The notes: generated by a model from the letters alone, not told the origin. 64,000 nucleotides of DNA from Candidatus Latescibacterota bacterium (GCA_965197905.1 CBDAOB010000005.1:1312001-1376000), one strand, 5' to 3'; shown: positions 39,875 to 50,425, counted from the stretch's first letter. A program made the numbers and translations.

Positions 39875-40654
39875 ATGCGCATTGGCACCTACAACGTCTA
39901 TGGTTTTAGAGGGTACCCGAAAGAGGAGTCGGCGAAGAGAATCGGCCCTGCAGGCAGTGACGACAACGCCGCGCACTACACACGAGTGTTGGCCGAATTG
40001 TCGTGTGATATCCTGGGACTGCAAGAGGGTGTGTTTGCAGGTGACATGAAGAAGATTGCGCGCCCAATGCAATGCTACCTGGCGACGTTCCCGTCGCCGA
40101 CCGCTTGCCCAGGGCACGTGGTGTCACGCTATCCGATCCTCGAGTCGCGTGTATTCAGTCACTTCGATCCAACCGAATCGTTTCCGCCATTCAGCCGTAC
40201 CGCTGGTGCCGCCCTACTCGAGGTCGGCGAGGCTGATGCCACGCTCTGGTTCGTGGTCCTCCACCTATATCACAGGACCAGAGAAATGCGCGACCGTGAG
40301 GCAGATATCCTGCGCGACCGTCTGAACGATCTGCTTCAGACTACCGACAAAGCCGTAGTCCTTGGCGATTTCAACTGCGAGGTCGATGAGAGAGTTCATC
40401 AGCACTTACGGGAAATGGCGTTCGTCAACGCCATGGAGAGCGCGGGCGGCGGGCTCCAGGTTACCATAGACACCGTCGGTACCACCAACAGGCGTGCCAT
40501 TGACCACATATACGTCAGTCCAAGCCTCGCTCCACGTCTCAAACGCGCCGAGGTCGTCCGCAGCGACGGCTTTCGTCATGACGGTCCCCAGGTCGACGGT
40601 GTGTGGGTCCATTCGGACCACCTGCCGGTTGTCGCCGAACTCGATTGGCCGTGA
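39875..40654 (+). CDS. Endonuclease/exonuclease/phosphatase family protein
   Basis: MRIGTYNV, LGLQE, LGDFN, IDHIYV, SDHLPV. Confidence 0.92.
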   Translation: MRIGTYNVYGFRGYPKEESAKRIGPAGSDDNAAHYTRVLAELSCDILGLQEGVFAGDMKKIARPMQCYLATFPSPTACPGHVVSRYPILESRVFSHFDPTESFPPFSRTAGAALLEVGEADATLWFVVLHLYHRTREMRDREADILRDRLNDLLQTTDKAVVLGDFNCEVDERVHQHLREMAFVNAMESAGGGLQVTIDTVGTTNRRAIDHIYVSPSLAPRLKRAEVVRSDGFRHDGPQVDGVWVHSDHLPVVAELDWP

Positions 40655-40688
40655 GCGACGCTACCGCTACGGCCGCCTGGAAGTGGTA

Positions 40689-41140
40689 CTAATGTTTTTC
40701 TTGTGATACCACGGTCAACGGCAGCGTCACGTCGCTGCTCGAAAACTGTTCCAGGGTTTCCATCGCGTTCCGCAGGTCATCCGGCACGTCGGCGTAGCGC
40801 AACACCATCTCGTAGGAATCCCACCCACCCAGCTCCTTGATGCGGTCCAGTTCCACGCCGGCTCGCCGCAGCCGCGTCGCCCAGGTATGCCGCATCATGT
40901 GCAGCGTGACCAGTCGATCAAGCCCGAGCTTGGCATCTTCGGATGCTTTGTAGAGCGATTTTTTGATGTCTACTTCGGGGATCACTTTTGCCGATGGGTC
41001 ACTATCATCGGGCCACTGTATGAGCTTGTGGTTGTTTTTGCCGATACGGCGCTTGAAGGAGCGGCCTGGGCGCAGCGAGTCGATGCCATCAAGTGCTAGG
41101 AGTGTGGGGTTGGCAGTGCAGCGTCGGCAGGGCGCCGACG
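40689..41140 (-). pseudogene. Phage-type tyrosine integrase, C-terminal remnant
   Basis: LHMMRHTWATRL..GV..IKELGGW..MVLRYA; N-terminal part missing. Confidence 0.8.
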
Positions 41141-41301
41141 CTCAGTGTTTCGCAGACTAACTTGATGACCCGGTGTGTATATAGGGTAGATTGATGATCA
41201 GAGATGTGCCCAATTCTCAATCTTCCGCGTTCACGGACTCTCTCAGTTCCTTCCGTATTCACGCTGCGGCATCGACCTCCATTTACCCAATAGGTTTATC
41301 C

Positions 41302-41427
41302 GCCCAACGCAGCATTCACCTGCGGCCAGATTCGCGGTCTTCTTTGAGCAACCGATCCGATCTGTCGAACCATCGTGTTGGTCTGGTGAACTTGTGCAAG
41401 GCCCGTCAGGTGCAATGCATGTTATGC
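41302..41427 (-). repeat. attC site (126 bp)
   Basis: Minus strand GCATAAC..ATTGCACCTGACGG..CCGCAGGTGAAT..GTTGGGC, starting 1 nt after the kinase stop. Confidence 0.9.
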
Positions 41428-41428
41428 T

Positions 41429-43531
41429 TCATTTCTGTGTCCTCTGTCTATCTGTTGGCTCTTTGACATCCCCGCCGGCCATCACATTCAGGTCACTCAA
41501 CAGTCGTGGATACTCCTCCAGCGTTGCCGGCAGTTTCGCCATATCAAACATGCTGGCCTGGGTCGCCAGCTTCTCTGCCCACGTCGACAGTGGGACATAC
41601 CCAGACCTGTGTGCCTCTTCCTGCATCCGACTCGCGAACAGCTCGATGTCGTTGATCGTCAGTGTGGCACTGATCTCTGTCCACGTCTCCCTCTGCGATT
41701 CTACGAAACGAAGGAACTGGGGTAACTCAGCGCGTTCGGATACCGACAATTGGTCGGCAGACCAACTCGGTCCTGTCTCCGCGACTGTCGTCGCCATCTC
41801 GGCAGCTTGCTCGTGCGGCAGGAACTTCATCAGGGCAGCCACCAATCCGGCCCGGCTGACGGGCTTCGTGAGGAAGTCGTCACATATCTCCCGCAACTGT
41901 TCTTCCTCCTCCTTCATGGCCGAAGCTGTCACAGCAATAACAGGAACATGGGAAGATGCCGGGTCATCCTTCAGGTGCCGTGTCAATTTCATTCCGTCCA
42001 TCGCAGGCATCCGTAAATCCGTGAGGACTACGCTGGGAGCCTGGGCACGGACCGCATCGAGTGCCTCGTTCCCATCACCGGCCTCGACAACTTCGAACTC
42101 ATAATCGGAGAGATAGGTCTTAATCAGCAGCCGGTTATTTGGCACGTCGTCGACCACAAGAATCCTGGCCGGATCAAAGGATACCTCCGGTACGCTCTCG
42201 TCCGCACTGCAAGCGGCAACATCCGCCTCCGAAGCCACGGCGATTCCGTCGAGCACAATGGAGAAGGTGCTACCGACGCCCAACTGGCTGCTGAGAGTGA
42301 TGTCTCCCCCCATCATCTGGCACAAACGCTTCGAGATGGACAGCCCCAGCCCCGTGCCACCGAACTTTGCCGCGCTCTGGCCTTTGGTCTGTTCGAAGGC
42401 GCCAAAGACTTTACCCAGTTGATCGTCGGGGATTCCTATGCCGGTGTCGGTTACGTCGAAACGAAGATCGACCGCGTCATCACCCGAGGGTGATCCTGAG
42501 GCGATCAGTTTAACGTGTCCCTTGTCGGTGAACTTGATGGCATTGCCGATCAGATTGATCACGGACTGTCGCAGACGCAGCTCATCGAGCACAACACCAG
42601 CAGGGAAATCGTCGGTAACCTCAACGAGAAACTCGATCCCCTTCTCTTCGGCCTTCTGCACAAAGATCTGTGCCATATCCCGCGCGATCGCGGCCGCGTC
42701 ACACGGTCCGAACTCCAGTTCCAGTTTTCCGGCTTCCACCTTGGACAGATCGAGGATGTCGTTGATGAGTCCAAGAAGAGACTTACCGCTGGTTCTGATC
42801 GCATCGAGGAATTCTCGTTGCTGTCCCTCCCTTATGGAACTCGTAAGGATCTCCGAGAAACCGAGAATCGCGTTCATGGGTGTACGGATCTCGTGGGACA
42901 TGCTGGCGAGGAATACGCTCTTTGCCTGGTTCGCTTCTTCGGCAGCTGCTTTGGCTGTGGCCAGTTCATCCATCGTCTTCGTCAAGGCACCGATCAATTT
43001 CCCCAACGTGAACACTACAATGGTGCACAGAACCGCGAAGCCCAATACGGTCACGATCCATGCGAGGCTGGATCTGACATAGGTACTGGGTTCGACGACG
43101 AACGACATGTCACCCGCAACGACAAGGAAGGCGACGACGGCGATCGAAAGACCCCCCGTCACGGCGATAGCGATGCCGAGCCTCAGCCCGAAGAAGATCG
43201 TGGCAAGTATGGTGGTAAGGGCGATGGCACTGATGCCGACCGGGCCAAAGGAGGCCAGACCGCCGATGCCCAGAACGAGAAAGAGTGATGTCAGGAACAC
43301 GGTCTTGAGGGTGTGAGGCACCCGCTTGCGTAGGACAGCGATCGCTACAACGAACAGATAGGCGATCACATGCAGATACATGACTGGCTGCCAGCCGATC
43401 TCCGTCGACCGAGCCAGAGAAGCAACGACCGCAGGCAATGAAGAAACAGAAAGCACGATGTAGGCTACGTTGACGATCTTTTCCTGAATCGCCTGCAATC
43501 CACGATCACTCGGGATCATGCGGACCTCCAT
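41429..43531 (-). CDS. Hybrid sensor histidine kinase/response regulator (cassette)
   Basis: N-terminal TMs, FLASMSHEIRTP, NLIGNAIKFT, DTGIGI, GGTGLGL, receiver LVVDD..TDLRMP..KP. Confidence 0.95.
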   Translation of the reverse strand: MEVRMIPSDRGLQAIQEKIVNVAYIVLSVSSLPAVVASLARSTEIGWQPVMYLHVIAYLFVVAIAVLRKRVPHTLKTVFLTSLFLVLGIGGLASFGPVGISAIALTTILATIFFGLRLGIAIAVTGGLSIAVVAFLVVAGDMSFVVEPSTYVRSSLAWIVTVLGFAVLCTIVVFTLGKLIGALTKTMDELATAKAAAEEANQAKSVFLASMSHEIRTPMNAILGFSEILTSSIREGQQREFLDAIRTSGKSLLGLINDILDLSKVEAGKLELEFGPCDAAAIARDMAQIFVQKAEEKGIEFLVEVTDDFPAGVVLDELRLRQSVINLIGNAIKFTDKGHVKLIASGSPSGDDAVDLRFDVTDTGIGIPDDQLGKVFGAFEQTKGQSAAKFGGTGLGLSISKRLCQMMGGDITLSSQLGVGSTFSIVLDGIAVASEADVAACSADESVPEVSFDPARILVVDDVPNNRLLIKTYLSDYEFEVVEAGDGNEALDAVRAQAPSVVLTDLRMPAMDGMKLTRHLKDDPASSHVPVIAVTASAMKEEEEQLREICDDFLTKPVSRAGLVAALMKFLPHEQAAEMATTVAETGPSWSADQLSVSERAELPQFLRFVESQRETWTEISATLTINDIELFASRMQEEAHRSGYVPLSTWAEKLATQASMFDMAKLPATLEEYPRLLSDLNVMAGGDVKEPTDRQRTQK

Positions 43532-43722
43532 TCATCGATTAAAACGTGCAAGGCCCGCTCATTTGCCCATTCTTCCTCCCAATTGGCCCCAACACTGGCA
43601 GCCGGTGGGCGTATCCGACGTCAGGTACTGCTTCGAGCATGTCCACACCCTGATTGCTTTTCAGTGGTCGCTATGACCATTTCCGGTATCTGCATAGAGA
43701 CAGTAAGGCGGTGCCTGTGACC

Positions 43723-43848
43723 GCATAACACAGGGCTGACCTGCGGGCGGAGCTGGCGGCACTCAGTCACGCCAATCCAGCCCGGCGAATAGGCAATCCA
43801 ACTAGCTGGGCCAGCAGTGAAGTCCGTCAGGTCCAGCGCATGTTATAC
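43723..43848 (-). repeat. attC site (126 bp)
   Basis: Minus strand GTATAAC..CTGGACCTGACGG..CCGCAGGTCAG..GTTATGC; higA stop TAA lies inside the inverse core. Confidence 0.9.
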
Positions 43849-44136
43849 AGTGGTAACATCCACCTTCTTGACCTTCTTGAGATTTACGCTTCTACGTGCG
43901 TGCCAAAGATCGTACTGGTCCTGCATACTCAGCCAACTCTCGGGTGAACGACCTAAGCCCTTCGATAATCGCAGTGCCATCTCTGGTGACACGTTGCTCT
44001 GCCCGTTCAACAGGCGATTCAGTGTAGACGGCGATACGCCCAGGCTATTTGCAACCTTCCGTACACTAATGTCATAAGGGGTTAGGTAGATCTCTCGAAT
44101 AAACTCACCCGGATGCGGCGGATTGTGCATTCTCAT
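43843..44136 (-). CDS. higA: HigA family antitoxin (cassette)
   Basis: MHNPPHPGEFI, HTH, SPEMALRLSK, SPESWLSMQ..YDLW. Confidence 0.93.
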   Translation of the reverse strand: MRMHNPPHPGEFIREIYLTPYDISVRKVANSLGVSPSTLNRLLNGQSNVSPEMALRLSKGLGRSPESWLSMQDQYDLWHARRSVNLKKVKKVDVTTV

Positions 44137-44414
44137 CAGTGATAATCCTCGTAGTTGACTACGTAAGCATTGCCTTCGCGAAACTCGAACGTGAGGCGCC
44201 AATTTCCGCTCACAGTGATTGCCCAGAGGCCCTTGCGGGCTCCTCTAAGCCTATGGAGACGAAACCCTGGAATATCCATGTCATCAATCCGTGCAGCTGT
44301 ATCCAGCGCCACCAGTTGTAGTCGCAGACGCTTTCGATGAGCGGATTGAATCCCCGCCGCGTTCCCAGTTTCGTAGAAGCGTCGTAATCCCCTATGCCTA
44401 AAGGAGTTGATCAT
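44136..44414 (-). CDS. higB: HigB/RelE family toxin (cassette)
   Basis: MINSFRHRGL, PGFRLHRL, WAITVSGNWRLTFEF, YEDYH. Confidence 0.93.
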   Translation of the reverse strand: MINSFRHRGLRRFYETGNAAGIQSAHRKRLRLQLVALDTAARIDDMDIPGFRLHRLRGARKGLWAITVSGNWRLTFEFREGNAYVVNYEDYH

Positions 44415-44421
44415 TTCATGA

Positions 44422-44450
44422 AATATAGCATGTTGCGCATCGCGCTACAA
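44422..44450 (-). promoter_or_regulatory. Sigma-70-type promoter with palindromic operator for higBA
   Basis: TTGTAG-N17-TATATT; imperfect palindrome TGTTGCGC..GCGCTACA at 44431-44449; ATG about 8 nt downstream (likely leaderless). Confidence 0.65.
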
Positions 44451-44466
44451 GACTCCGCCCTCGCCC

Positions 44467-44593
44467 GTATAACGAAAGAATCACCTGCGGGGAGCGTCAC
44501 CGATCGCTCTTCCACTCGCTGATCCAACCCGGCGAAACAGCCACTCGGTCAAGTACCATTACAAGATGCCGTCAAGTAAATTCTCTGTTATAG
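44467..44593 (-). repeat. attC site (127 bp)
   Basis: Minus strand CTATAAC..ATTTACTTGACGG..CCGCAGGTGAT..GTTATAC. Confidence 0.85.
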
Positions 44594-44651
44594 GTAACTC
44601 TTTTGCTCAGTTTGTCCTCGCGTCCAGCATCACTGCGGAGGCCAAGCGTAT

Positions 44652-45209
44652 TTATAAGCCTTGGACAACCCGCTGTTCCCAGGGCCTCCTGATGAGCGTG
44701 TACCAAAGCCGATCTTCTGACCGTCGCTCTAGAAGGAAACCGCACTTTTCCATGACTCGCATGGATGTCACGTTGTCCGATTTACAGGAAGCTGAAAACG
44801 CCGCTATGTTTTTGCTCAGAAAAGCGGCCTCAATCATCGCCCTGACGGCCTCGGTTGCGTAACCGTTGCCCCAGAACTTTCTCCGCAGAAACCAACCACA
44901 GCCCCCATGTTGTGGACGTGTAATTGTGTACCCTACGTCACCAATCATCTCCTGCGTATCGTTTAGTACGACTGCGAAGAAATACCGAACCCGCGGTTCA
45001 GAATTCTGTTGGTCGATAGCATCCCGCAAGCTAGCTTCTGCCTCTGGACGGGTTCTAGGCAGCCAAGACACGTGCTTAGCCACATCAGGGTCAGTTTGCC
45101 AATCAACGTAGGAACCGATATCGTTGGCTGTGTGCTCGCGGATGTGGACTCGTTCGCCTATCATTGGCTCCGGATCGCGTTGCGAGCGCTCATTCTGTCG
45201 ATGTTTCAA
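44652..45209 (-). CDS. GNAT acetyltransferase, RimJ/RimL-like (cassette)
   Basis: GWFLRRKFWGNGYATEA, NVTSMRVMEKCGF; true start may be 45164. Confidence 0.9.
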   Translation of the reverse strand: MKHRQNERSQRDPEPMIGERVHIREHTANDIGSYVDWQTDPDVAKHVSWLPRTRPEAEASLRDAIDQQNSEPRVRYFFAVVLNDTQEMIGDVGYTITRPQHGGCGWFLRRKFWGNGYATEAVRAMIEAAFLSKNIAAFSASCKSDNVTSMRVMEKCGFLLERRSEDRLWYTLIRRPWEQRVVQGL

Positions 45210-45216
45210 TTCCTAC

Positions 45217-45343
45217 GTATAACACAGGCATCACCCGCGGGCGGCATAATTGACCAGCTCAGCAGACACGATTAATCCCGGCGAAATACTAATCCGGTAA
45301 AGATTCACCGGTAAGAGTCCGTCAGGTGCATGCCATGTTAGGC
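45217..45343 (-). repeat. attC site (127 bp)
   Basis: Minus strand GCCTAAC..ATGCACCTGACGG..CCGCGGGTGAT..GTTATAC. Confidence 0.9.
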
Positions 45344-45351
45344 TACAGGCT

Positions 45352-46595
45352 CTATCCTATCTTCTTAAGGAGATCGTTGAGCCCCGGATCAGAGTGCCGC
45401 ACCCGAAAGTGCTCCTGTCCCTCCGCGGGAACTGTCTCGATGACGACATCTCTCATTCCTCGCACTCCGTGGCCATCGCGGTAGACATCAGCAGAGTCAA
45501 ATGGCTGCTCCTTGACGATGAACGCGAGCCTGGTCAAATCCGCGGTTTGAAAATCGATGTACTCCGACTTCGCGTCGAGCCACTTGATCGGAAGACAGTC
45601 GTGACGATGTCCCTTCTCTATGACCAACCAGTCTCCCTCTGGCATCCCCGGAGCTGGAGGCACCGGCGATGAAGTCATCGAGTACAGAGACCGGACCTCC
45701 TTCACTTCAGGTCTCTGGGCGAGGATAGCCTTTGCCAGCGCGAAGTCATTACCAGATGCGTACAAGAACCTGCTGGAGCGTAACGTCTGGAGCTCATTAA
45801 GAGCCCTGCAGTAGTTCTCGTCGACAAGAAGAGGCGTGCCATCGTGGATACTCTGGTGTAGGCGGCACATGAAGGGATCTGACGGCGCCGGTCTCGGATG
45901 GGCGTCATCGATAGCCTCCGCCAAGATCTCTCGCACACTTGGGCAGTACAGGGCCAGACAGAGCCGCGGGGATATCGGGTAGTAGATCTCTGTTCCCGGG
46001 GCATCCAGGCCCAATCTCCCATATGGAAACGTATTGTGCATCACCACTGGGTTGTCCGAAACCCACAAGCTGGCTGACTCGAAATGAGGAGGACGGGATC
46101 CTTGCGCCGCATTATCTCGGCAAACCTGTCCAACTCGAAGAGCTGACCGAGGGAGATTCGCCGAGCGTCGGCGTCATCAATCACACGCGTCGGCTCGAAC
46201 TCAAGAGACTCCATCCACTCAGAGAGTTGCTTGGAGAACTCTATGGGCGAAGTTCTGATGATTCTAGTCCTAACCAGCTGGCACGCCAGGAGGACTGGGA
46301 GGTCTCGAAGGACATCTTCACTTACGCCGAGGAGTGTCCGGGTTTCGGTAAGTGCTCTGATTGCGGCGGCGAGTCGGCTGTCGATCTCCTGAAAGAGAAA
46401 TTCGTAGTTGATCTCCCGCTGTCCGATGATTACCCGATTGAAGTCGCGTTCAGCTGCCGCATCGCCGACGGCCACTTTGAACTGCTGGGCTGTCTTCTTG
46501 TCAAAGGCGAATACCTGATCCCCCCCGGGAACGAGGGCAAAGTTCCGGAGTACTGCCCGCGGAACGTAGTGGTGTTTTCTAGCCTCCTGAGGCAC
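45352..46595 (-). CDS. DUF4238 family protein (cassette; frameshift near 46070-46090)
   Basis: KHHYVPRAVLRNF N-terminus and WVSDNPV..IYYPISPRLCL in adjacent frames. Confidence 0.75.
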
Positions 46596-46608
46596 TATCT
46601 CTCACGTC

Positions 46609-46728
46609 GCCTAACACAGTGATGAGCCGCGCAGACTCACCGCAAGCCCAGAAACACAGAATGGGCAGGTGAACGCGCTCAAGATCTCAAGATCACTGTC
46701 CGATCGTCGGCTCGATCACATGTTATGC
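46609..46728 (-). repeat. attC site (120 bp)
   Basis: Minus strand GCATAAC..ATCGAGCCGACG..CGCGGCTCAT..GTTAGGC. Confidence 0.88.
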
Positions 46729-46856
46729 ATTTCCAATGGTACAATCCGTTTCAGGAAATTTTCACTTACCGATCAGTATCCGGACACAACGAGTAGCTGT
46801 GGCCACCTATGCTGCTGCATCGGCCATACCTTCACCAGGGGCCGGACGCGCGGCCG

Positions 46857-48923
46857 CTACCTTCCGAGCACTCCTTCCAGCGTCGGCACCTGACCTGCGC
46901 CTACCGGCACCGTGATGCTCGAGCCTTCGAAGTCATCCCCGATCGGCTCATATCGACCGCCGAGGTGCTCGGCCAGGAAGATCTCCGTCACCGCGTTGAA
47001 AGACAAGCGGTTCTCGGGCCTTGCGAAGCCGTGGCCCTCATCCGGGTAGATGACGTACGTAACTGGAATTCCTTTCTCCTGCATGGCGTCGACGATCTGG
47101 TCTGATTCGCTCTGCTTGACGCGCGGATCATTCGCTCCCTGACCGATCAGCAGGGGCTTCTGTATTCTCTCGACATAGGTCAGTGGCGAACGGGCCCTGA
47201 GGAACTCCCGCCCCTCCTCGGTGCGATGGTCCCCTACGCGAGTAGTGAAAAGGTTGATCATCGGCTCCCAGTAGGGAGGGATCGTCTCGAGGAGCGTCCG
47301 AAGATTGGACGGCCCCACGATATCAACGCCGCAGGCGAAGACGTCGGGTGTGAAGGTGACACCCACTAGGGTGGCGTACCCTCCGTAACTTCCCCCCATG
47401 ATCGCGATTCGCTCTACGTCAGCGATCTTCTCATCGATCAACCACTGCACGGCGTCGATCAGGTCGTCGTGCATCTTTCCCGCCCACTCGAGGTTGCTGG
47501 CGTTGATGAATTGTTTACCGAGGCCCGTGGAGCCGCGGTAGTTGACACTCAGCACCGCGTAACCGCGGCTGGCAAGCCACTGATGACGCGAGTGATAGCC
47601 CCATGAGTCTCGTCCCCAAGGGCCTCCGTGGACGAAGAGGACGGTGGGTAGTGGCGTCTGGGAGCGGCCGTCACGCTCCGGATCGGTCCAGGACGGGAGC
47701 GTCAGATAGCTGACCAGATCGAGTCCGTCGCGGGATTTGATGACGACCGGGTGCATGCTCGAGAGTGCCACCCCGACCAGTTCCTCCCGGTTAGTGAATA
47801 GAAACACCGCCTGCCGCTTGGCGCGATCGTAGAGGAAATAGCGAACTGGACCATCGTCGACGACGAACGAGATCGTCCAGGCATCGTCGTCGAGCGACCG
47901 GCTCGTCACTTTCATGTCTCCGTCAGCTAGGGTCTCCAGATAGTCGATATCGCTACGAATGGACTCGTCGAGGAGCGTCCACTCGATGCGTGTATAGTTG
48001 CTCGAAGCGGCCTGGATCGTCTTTTCTGTCGGATGTATCATGATGCCGTCTATATCTGCCCGGGGATCGGTGAAGACCACTTCCTTGTCCCCGGTCCGTA
48101 GATCGACCGCCGTCAGCGCGGCCGTGTTCCGTCCGCGGCTGTCGATCATGTAGAGCACCTGCCCACTCTTGTCGAAGGCGACCGGCCACGTCGTGAGCAC
48201 ATCCTCCATCGGAATCTTGTCGAACGAAACCCATCCGTCGCTGCCATCCGGCGTGAAGATCTCGTTGCCTCCCTCTGGCGTCATCTGCAGGGCATAGCGG
48301 ATGTTGTAGTCATCGTCGGTCTGGAAGCCGAGGAAGCGATCGTTCTGCTGGATCAGCTCCATGTCGCCGGTCAAGATGTTCAGGCGGTAGAGATCATGAA
48401 AACGCGGATTGCGTTTGTTCAATCCGATCAAGATCTCGTCGGCAAACTTGTGACTGACCTCCTGGATCTGAGCCGTCGGCCTCATCTTGTCGCCGCTCGG
48501 GAGGGTCATAGTCTCGCCATCTGGCCCGATGATCTCCTCGAACGGGGTCAGGTTTCGGTCTACCTTCGACTTGACATCGACTGCGTGCACCTGCCAGTTC
48601 TCATCCCCTCCCAGATCCTGCAAATAGAGGATGTGGTCGTTGGTGTGCGCCCAGAAGTATGTGCGAATGCCCCGCAATGTATCCTTCGTCACTGAGACGG
48701 CTTCCCCTGGATTGTTGGCATTTGCCACCCATACGTTCATCACACCGTCCAGCGGCGCCAGATAGCTGACCCTGATGCCGTCCGGGCTGATCTTCAGCGA
48801 AGTCCGGTCCGGGTTACCGAAGAGAATCTGGCGGCTGATCAGCGGCGTGCTCTCGTCAGCTGTGGCTCCACGCAGAGCGGTCCCAAGGACGAAGAGAAGG
48901 AAAGTGGAGATAGCTATGCGCAT
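46857..48923 (-). CDS. S9 family peptidase (acylaminoacyl peptidase-like), secreted (cassette)
   Basis: Signal peptide, VHGGPW, GGSYGG, GANDPRV, DEGHG; GGAGG RBS. Confidence 0.95.
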   Translation of the reverse strand: MRIAISTFLLFVLGTALRGATADESTPLISRQILFGNPDRTSLKISPDGIRVSYLAPLDGVMNVWVANANNPGEAVSVTKDTLRGIRTYFWAHTNDHILYLQDLGGDENWQVHAVDVKSKVDRNLTPFEEIIGPDGETMTLPSGDKMRPTAQIQEVSHKFADEILIGLNKRNPRFHDLYRLNILTGDMELIQQNDRFLGFQTDDDYNIRYALQMTPEGGNEIFTPDGSDGWVSFDKIPMEDVLTTWPVAFDKSGQVLYMIDSRGRNTAALTAVDLRTGDKEVVFTDPRADIDGIMIHPTEKTIQAASSNYTRIEWTLLDESIRSDIDYLETLADGDMKVTSRSLDDDAWTISFVVDDGPVRYFLYDRAKRQAVFLFTNREELVGVALSSMHPVVIKSRDGLDLVSYLTLPSWTDPERDGRSQTPLPTVLFVHGGPWGRDSWGYHSRHQWLASRGYAVLSVNYRGSTGLGKQFINASNLEWAGKMHDDLIDAVQWLIDEKIADVERIAIMGGSYGGYATLVGVTFTPDVFACGVDIVGPSNLRTLLETIPPYWEPMINLFTTRVGDHRTEEGREFLRARSPLTYVERIQKPLLIGQGANDPRVKQSESDQIVDAMQEKGIPVTYVIYPDEGHGFARPENRLSFNAVTEIFLAEHLGGRYEPIGDDFEGSSITVPVGAGQVPTLEGVLGR

Positions 48924-49045
48924 TGCATCCTCCGGTGGAAAAGAGTGTATGAGCCCGAGCACTCGGCTGACCTGCTGTGCACGGAGTCTCCCTGTTGTGG
49001 ATATGGCCCCAGGCGCTATCTGAAGTCGGCCTCCGTAATCTCAAC

Positions 49046-49170
49046 GGATAACGCGGGCATGACCTGAGGCCAGGGCCGTGTACCCCTGAACAGCATCCAA
49101 TGGCCCGGCAAATCACTATCGGGGCGCCCGTTCTACCGCTAGAGTCCATCAGGTCAATGCCTTGTTATAC
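49046..49170 (-). repeat. attC site (125 bp)
   Basis: Minus strand GTATAAC..ATTGACCTGATGG..CCTCAGGTCAT..GTTATCC. Confidence 0.88.
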
Positions 49171-49308
49171 GAATCCTGAGCTAATTTATCCGTCCGAAGT
49201 ACTGTTCAGGTACGGTCTAGCGATGAACACAAGTCAATCAAGACCCGTTCAACCAAGACAGAAATGTCCAAAACCAAGTGACTTCCAGTATAGGGCACCA
49301 TTCATCCG

Positions 49309-50271
49309 TCAGTTCGCAATGGATCTTTGAATCTCGCCCTCTATGATGTCACGGTGATTGTAGAACCAATCCATGTGTTCCAAGACAGGGACTTCGTCTT
49401 TGATCTCCCTCTCGTCAGGAAAGCAGGAGGCCAACATACATAACCAGAGATGATCTCGCTCAAGTGAAGAGAATGGGTTCGCCAAGTGGTATTCCCCCAG
49501 GAATCTCCCAAAGTGAGAAAGCCAATATCGGCGTTGGTCATCTTGATCGCCTCCGATTGGGAGTCCATTGCGCCCTTTGTATCGGACCATCGACGTCAGC
49601 GCTGTGACAACATCCAATAGTCTCTGTCCGTGGCAAATGTGATCGCAATCGATGAACCCTCGGAACTGATCGCCTACCAATCTGACATTGCCTCTGTGAA
49701 CGTCCAGAAAGATGACCTGAACGGGCAGTTGATCCGAAAGACGTTGCAATGGGCTTTCAAGCAACTGAAGAGTCCTCTCAACCTTAGACAGATCACCATC
49801 CGACAGGTACGGCAACCATTGCGGCGCATACTCCTCAAACACCATCGTGTGCATGTCTTCTTTCCATGTATTTACCGGTCCGTCAAACCCACGTAGGCAA
49901 GCGTGTAACCTGGCGTAGGCTCTCCCGAGGCTTCGGTAGGCTCCTGCTGACTCTGGTGCATAGAAGTCAGTCTCATCCCCTTCGATGTAGGGCATCAGAA
50001 CGAATACGCTCTCGCTAGATTGTGTGTAGAAGGAACCTTCAATTGTTGCCAGAAGATACGCGATGGGAAGCCCGGCCTCGTGCACATGTCGGGTCACCCT
50101 GAACTGCGCTTCAGTTCGCGCCAGCACCTCTGGCGTACCGACGTTCTTGAGAACGTAATGCTCTCCGTCACGGGTGTGAACGTGATAAATATCCGGCACT
50201 CCATCCAGCTCGACTGAAGAGGCTTCTAACGCCCATGCAGACAGGGATTCCTCAACCTCTTTTGTCACCAT
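49309..50271 (-). CDS. APH/homoserine-kinase-like phosphotransferase (cassette)
   Basis: YVLK, FVLMPYIEG, ARLH, FLDVHRGNV, FIDCD. Confidence 0.8.
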   Translation of the reverse strand: MVTKEVEESLSAWALEASSVELDGVPDIYHVHTRDGEHYVLKNVGTPEVLARTEAQFRVTRHVHEAGLPIAYLLATIEGSFYTQSSESVFVLMPYIEGDETDFYAPESAGAYRSLGRAYARLHACLRGFDGPVNTWKEDMHTMVFEEYAPQWLPYLSDGDLSKVERTLQLLESPLQRLSDQLPVQVIFLDVHRGNVRLVGDQFRGFIDCDHICHGQRLLDVVTALTSMVRYKGRNGLPIGGDQDDQRRYWLSHFGRFLGEYHLANPFSSLERDHLWLCMLASCFPDEREIKDEVPVLEHMDWFYNHRDIIEGEIQRSIAN

Positions 50272-50305
50272 CTTTCACCTGACCAGCGAATCCTTCGCAT
50301 TTGGC

Positions 50306-50425
50306 GTATAACGCAGTGTTCAGCTGCGGACAGTCGCACCGATTGCCTCGGTCATCCGATGGGAAAGGCGAAACACCGTCAACTCAGAGTCACCGATCCT
50401 CCGCCAGCTGCAACACATGTTATCG
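50306..50425 (-). repeat. attC site (120 bp)
   Basis: Minus strand CGATAAC..TTGCAGCTGGCGG..CCGCAGCTGAA..GTTATAC. Confidence 0.88.

Noticed and set aside
40689..41140. Integron integrase intI for the array
   Set aside because: LGGW-type phage integrase motif, located at the distal end of the array and truncated; no IntI-type LLGH..TT.IYTH signature.
49309..50271. Aminoglycoside resistance gene
   Set aside because: Only the general APH/choline-kinase fold is evident; the HGD motif is altered (FLD) and I see no similarity to known aph genes.
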